64,000 nt of DNA from contig QJZQ01000215.1 in NCBI GenBank assembly GCA_003246675.1, forward strand, positions 4,936 through 68,935, written 5' to 3'. This DNA comes from Nitrospirota bacterium (GTDB taxonomy: Bacteria; Nitrospinota; Nitrospinia; Nitrospinales; VA-1). Shown here piece by piece: positions 60,507 to 64,000 of this stretch. The notes below the pieces were generated by a model, which made no database searches, was not told where the DNA came from, and saw only the letters and a list, made by a program, of their open reading frames with translations. Position numbers and translations under genes: made by a program. How positions within the stretch are numbered: position 1 is the first letter of the stretch; each line of letters begins with the position of its first letter.

Positions 60507-60808
60507 TTAACAACTCTCATCATTAACCCTTTCCATTGCCTTCTTCACCGGAAAATAAATTATCCGCTTTATCGTCCTTTCTTCCAGGCCAGCCGCAAAG
60601 TCTGTAAAGACTCCACCAATGCCTCCTACAGCGAAGCCCACGCAGCACCTTCAATAGTGCCAACTCCTGGTGAAACGTATGTTCCAACATTTGCTCCTGA
60701 AGCTTCGCCAACCTTGCATTCCACCACGGGCACTCCCGTCTCCGTCTGCTGCATGGCAAAGGCATCTGCCCCCTCAGAAAATCGCTTCTTCAAGGCAAAA
60801 TCCCGCAT
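60507..60808 (-). pseudogene. possible frameshifted glycine-zipper small membrane protein
   Basis: ORF 60626..60808 ends ...GVGTIEGAAWASL*. A different frame continues VGFAVGGIGGVFTDFAAGLEE..., which suggests one disrupted reading frame. Confidence 0.25.
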
Positions 60809-60878
60809 TTAAAACCGCAATTTTACCCTATTACTAAACCTTCAACCTGTACAGTTTTCAAGGCAGAGGTTCCTTACT

Positions 60879-61106
60879 TTACTTCGAATGCGTGCCGTCG
60901 CAGAAGGGTGGGTTGCCGGTTTTTCCGCAATCGCAGATGGCCATACGTTTATTGTTTTGGACCAGGAACTCCGTGGGGGTTTTGCCGGTGTTCTCGCGGT
61001 CGTGAGCGCCGTCGCAGTAAGGTTTATTGGCGGATTTCCCGCAGGTGCAGTAATATTTGAGGCCGGGGGTTTCGTCGATGATATGGGGCGAATTCTGGTA
61101 AGCCAT
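60879..61106 (-). CDS. CDGSH iron-sulfur domain protein (two CDGSH motifs)
   Basis: [16 protein letters not shown] and [16 protein letters not shown]. Confidence 0.85.
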   Translation of the reverse strand: MAYQNSPHIIDETPGLKYYCTCGKSANKPYCDGAHDRENTGKTPTEFLVQNNKRMAICDCGKTGNPPFCDGTHSK

Positions 61107-61249
61107 GGCATCCCCTTGTGGAATGAGTTGTCGGAGTAGCGGTATCGAAAATCGCAGATAACTTATCGGTTGTCAAATAAAAAGGCCGTGGCTCGAAAGG
61201 CGGAGTGTGTGCGGTTTCTGCAATGTAATTTGATGCCCAGGGGCCGGCC

Positions 61250-62620
61250 ATGAAGGTGCTGGTCACCGGGGCCACCGGGTTCATCGGCCGCGAGCTTGCA
61301 CAAAAGCTTGCCGGGCGCGGGCACTCTCTCGTCGTGCTCACCCGCGACGCCCGAATGGCGGGGGTGCGCCTGCCGGTGCGGGCCGAAATCCACCGCTGGA
61401 ACCCGGAGCGCGGAACCTTCGACCCTGCCGCGCTCGAGGGTGTGGACGCGGTGGTGCATCTCGCCGGGGAGAACGTGGCGGAAGGGCGCTGGACCGCCCG
61501 CCGTAAGCGGGCCATCGCGCGTTCGCGGGTGGAGGGCACGCGCCTGCTCGTTGCGGCCATGCAAAAGCTTGCGCGGCCTCCCCGGGCTTTCATCGTTGCT
61601 TCGGCAGTGGGCTATTACGGCGATGGAGGCGACACGATTTTCGAAGAAAGCTCCCCGCCGGGAAGCGATTTTCTGGCCCGGGTATCAGCGGAAAATGAGG
61701 AAGCGGCCAGCGTGGCCGAGGCCCTGGGCGTGCGCACGGTGGCCATGCGGATCGGCGTTGTGCTGGGCCCGGAGGGCGGGGCGCTGCGTTTCCTGCTGCC
61801 GTTGTTCAAAATGGGGCTGGGCGGCCCGGCCGGTTCGGGCCGGCAGTGGATGAGCTGGATTCATCTGAAGGATCTGGCGGCCCTTTTCGTCCATGCGATC
61901 GAGGACGATGGCTTGCGCGGCGCGATGAACGCCGTATCGCCCGCGCCCGTCACCCATCGCGATTTCAGCCGCGCGCTCGCTCGCGCGGTCCGCCGGCCCG
62001 CTTTCCTGCCCGCTCCCGCTTGCGCGCTGAAGTGGTTTCTCGGCGAGCGCAGTGAGCTTCTGCTGGCCTCGCAACGGGTGGCGGCCAACCGGGCGCTCGA
62101 GTCGGGTTTCCGGTTTTCCCATGCCGATCTCGCCGCCGCCCTGGGCGATCTTGCCCGTGCGGAGGGGCACGAATGGTCGCTGGAACAGTGGGTTCCCGTG
62201 CCGCCAGCCCGCGCTTTTGAATTTTGCGCCGATGCGGGCAACCTGGAAGCTCTGGCGCCTCCTTACATAAATTTTCGCATTCTGCGGGTTTCCACAGACG
62301 GCCTGGCCGATGGCACGACGCTGGATTACCGCCTCAGCCTGCACGGAATCCCCTTTCGCTGGCAATCCGAAATTTACGACTGGCAGCCGGGGTTGCGGTT
62401 TTCCGACCGGCAGTCGCGCGGGCCTTATACGTTCTGGCGGCACCGGCACGAGTTCGATGCGAAGGACGGCGGCACGGTCATCCGCGATCATGCCCATTAC
62501 AAGATTCCGCTGGGCGTGCCGGGGGATTTCCTTTTGCATTCCTTCATCCGCGCCGACCTGGAAAAGATCTTTCTCCACCGCCGGGAGAAAATCGCGCAGC
62601 TTCTGGGAGGGGAGGGCTGA
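61250..62620 (+). CDS. YfcH-like (TIGR01777, epimerase-fold/DUF1731) protein fused to C-terminal SRPBCC domain
   Basis: MKVLVTGATGFIGRELAQKL...GSGRQWMSWIHLKD, followed by about 150 aa resembling the SRPBCC/cyclase-dehydrase fold (RFSDRQSRGPYTFWRHRHEF). Confidence 0.7.
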   Translation: MKVLVTGATGFIGRELAQKLAGRGHSLVVLTRDARMAGVRLPVRAEIHRWNPERGTFDPAALEGVDAVVHLAGENVAEGRWTARRKRAIARSRVEGTRLLVAAMQKLARPPRAFIVASAVGYYGDGGDTIFEESSPPGSDFLARVSAENEEAASVAEALGVRTVAMRIGVVLGPEGGALRFLLPLFKMGLGGPAGSGRQWMSWIHLKDLAALFVHAIEDDGLRGAMNAVSPAPVTHRDFSRALARAVRRPAFLPAPACALKWFLGERSELLLASQRVAANRALESGFRFSHADLAAALGDLARAEGHEWSLEQWVPVPPARAFEFCADAGNLEALAPPYINFRILRVSTDGLADGTTLDYRLSLHGIPFRWQSEIYDWQPGLRFSDRQSRGPYTFWRHRHEFDAKDGGTVIRDHAHYKIPLGVPGDFLLHSFIRADLEKIFLHRREKIAQLLGGEG

Positions 62621-62727
62621 AACGGCTTGCGCGTTGCCGGTTGAGGCTTGTTGTCGCCCCGGGGTTTTTGGCGGTGGCGTTATTCGCCACTCCGGCCGGC
62701 CTCTGATCCGCAACCTGCGGACTGAGA

Positions 62728-63507
62728 TCAGCCCGGCACCCGCAGGCTGAGACAGGTCACCCCGCCATCGGCCTTTTCAAATTCGGTCATTTCCAGCTCC
62801 ACCACGCGAAAACCGCGCTTGCGGATCTCTCCCGCAACGCGGCCGAACCCCGCCGGCATCAGCACCGTTTCACCGAGGGCCAGGCAGTTGGCGGCGTAGC
62901 GCTCCGCCTCGGATACCACGATCCAGTCCAGGCCCTTGAAGGGAGCGGTGTCCACATGGGCCGGGTGGAGGACGAGCACGTCGCGGCCGAGGTACGTGAC
63001 GGACGTTTTAAGATGCAGCCCGCAGCGCACCGCCACAGCCGTCACGGGTTTTTGCGCGTGGTGGGCGAGCGCCCGCGCAGCCTCCCGGTTGCTGCGCCGG
63101 GACAGGCCGACAAAGAGCGCCCGCGGGGTGTCCATGACGTCGCCGCCGTCGAGGGTGGCCGGGGGGGCAAGAGTCTCGATGCGCCTGAGGGGGCGAAGCG
63201 CTTCCGCCACCGAGGCCGTCTCGGGCCGCCGCGCCACCTCCCGCATCGGGCAGATCAGCGCATGGTCGGCGAAGATCACCGCCGTGTCCTCGACGAACGG
63301 GCCGTCGGGGAGCGCATCGTCCGGCGGCAGGAATAGCAGGTGGGCGCCGGCGGCCTTAAGGGCGCGGGTGTAGGCGCGGTGCTCAAGGAGCGCGCGCTCG
63401 AAGTTGAGTGCGTTTTTTCCCGGGTGCGTGGAAATCGCGCGAACGAAAGAAGGGGAGGGTTCTCTCACCAAAGCGGTGAGGGGCGGCGGGTGCTGCGGGT
63501 CAGTCAA
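62728..63507 (-). CDS. dimethylarginine dimethylaminohydrolase (DDAH)/amidinotransferase-fold enzyme
   Basis: PDGPFVEDTAVI, LDGGDV, LHLKT, and C-terminal ADGGVTCLSLRV carrying the catalytic Cys. Confidence 0.8.
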   Translation of the reverse strand: MTDPQHPPPLTALVREPSPSFVRAISTHPGKNALNFERALLEHRAYTRALKAAGAHLLFLPPDDALPDGPFVEDTAVIFADHALICPMREVARRPETASVAEALRPLRRIETLAPPATLDGGDVMDTPRALFVGLSRRSNREAARALAHHAQKPVTAVAVRCGLHLKTSVTYLGRDVLVLHPAHVDTAPFKGLDWIVVSEAERYAANCLALGETVLMPAGFGRVAGEIRKRGFRVVELEMTEFEKADGGVTCLSLRVPG

Positions 63508-63973
63508 TGGTGCGCACGTTCATCATGCGGGAGAAGTAGAGCATCGGCAGATCAGGCTTGCAGGATTTCAGGGTTTTCTTGATCGCCTTACTGGGTTTCA
63601 GGCCGGTGGCGGTATTTTCGGGGCGCGCCACATAGGCGAAACCGTTGACCATGTTGAAATCGTGCCGGGTGAAGCGGAATACCTTGCGCAGGGTTTCTTC
63701 GGGGTAGTTGTGGATCTCGTCCAGCCGGGGCAGGAACGAATCGTCCATCTCGTAAAGCACGCCATACAGCATGCCGTCGCTATCGGGCGTGGGTTCGATG
63801 TTGGTCAGGCCCAGGCCTTCGGGGCTGTCCTTCTCCTTCGGGATTCGATTGAAAACCACCTTCCAGGCCGAAAGGGTGACGGTGGTCCGGGCCAGGCACT
63901 CCAGGCCGTGTTGGCTGAAGATGTCTTTGTTCATCAATTCGCCGTAGGCGAAGAAGTTGATCACATTTTTCAT
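63500..63973 (-). CDS. gamma-glutamylcyclotransferase (AIG2/GGACT-like) family protein
   Basis: FFAYGELMNKDIF N-terminus and YGVLYEMDDSFLPRLDEIHNYP. It overlaps the downstream DDAH gene by 8 nt. Confidence 0.65.
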   Translation of the reverse strand: MKNVINFFAYGELMNKDIFSQHGLECLARTTVTLSAWKVVFNRIPKEKDSPEGLGLTNIEPTPDSDGMLYGVLYEMDDSFLPRLDEIHNYPEETLRKVFRFTRHDFNMVNGFAYVARPENTATGLKPSKAIKKTLKSCKPDLPMLYFSRMMNVRTID

Positions 63974-64000
63974 TTACGTGCTCCCGGGGATAAAGCGGTT

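Larger units (their letters stand above)
52680..60850. other. lower-GC glycan-biosynthesis island
   Basis: Hand GC counts on sampled 60-nt lines gave about 38% at 56101 versus about 73% at 20041. All genes inside are sugar-nucleotide or glycosyltransferase genes, and both edges carry broken ORFs. Confidence 0.6.

Overview
This is a high-GC (roughly 60-70%) chromosomal window from a flagellated diderm bacterium. No rRNA, tRNA, CRISPR array, transposase or integrase was seen, and I cannot assign a taxon. All family calls come from motifs read by eye in the supplied translations; no alignments were run.

Gene content in order:
- Two secreted hypothetical proteins.
- A complete contiguous Pho regulon: phoB-phoR, two tandem OprO/P-type phosphate porins, pstSCAB and phoU.
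- A DUF1566 protein, then the conserved tesA / ybbA-ybbP-like module.
- A divergent TrpD-like gene, a B12-type radical SAM gene, a CDP-alcohol phosphatidyltransferase and a LonN-domain protein.
- A compact 3-gene operon: ATP-grasp-like ligase, glutaredoxin-like protein and a KamA-family lysine 2,3-aminomutase.
- An orphan secretin / ExeA-like ATPase with SPOR domain / TPR module (MshL-M-N-like).
- A DUF502 gene.
- A minus-strand flagellar block: AMIN-TPR protein, FlrB/FlrC-like two-component system, flgC-fliFGHIJ and a ylxF-like gene. Two near-identical sigma-54 promoters drive it, and flgB and fliE are absent.
- A nicotinamidase-NAPRTase fusion gene broken by a perfect 16-bp tandem duplication.
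- An M20 peptidase and an LPS-core-like glycosyltransferase cluster.
- A lower-GC (about 40-50%) glycan island encoding a CDP-hexose pathway with a C-methyltransferase, flanked by decayed gene fragments.
- CDGSH, YfcH-SRPBCC, DDAH and GGCT-like genes.

The best candidates for undescribed biology are the KamA / ATP-grasp / glutaredoxin operon, the stand-alone secretin-ExeA(SPOR)-TPR module, and the CDP-linked C-methyl sugar island.
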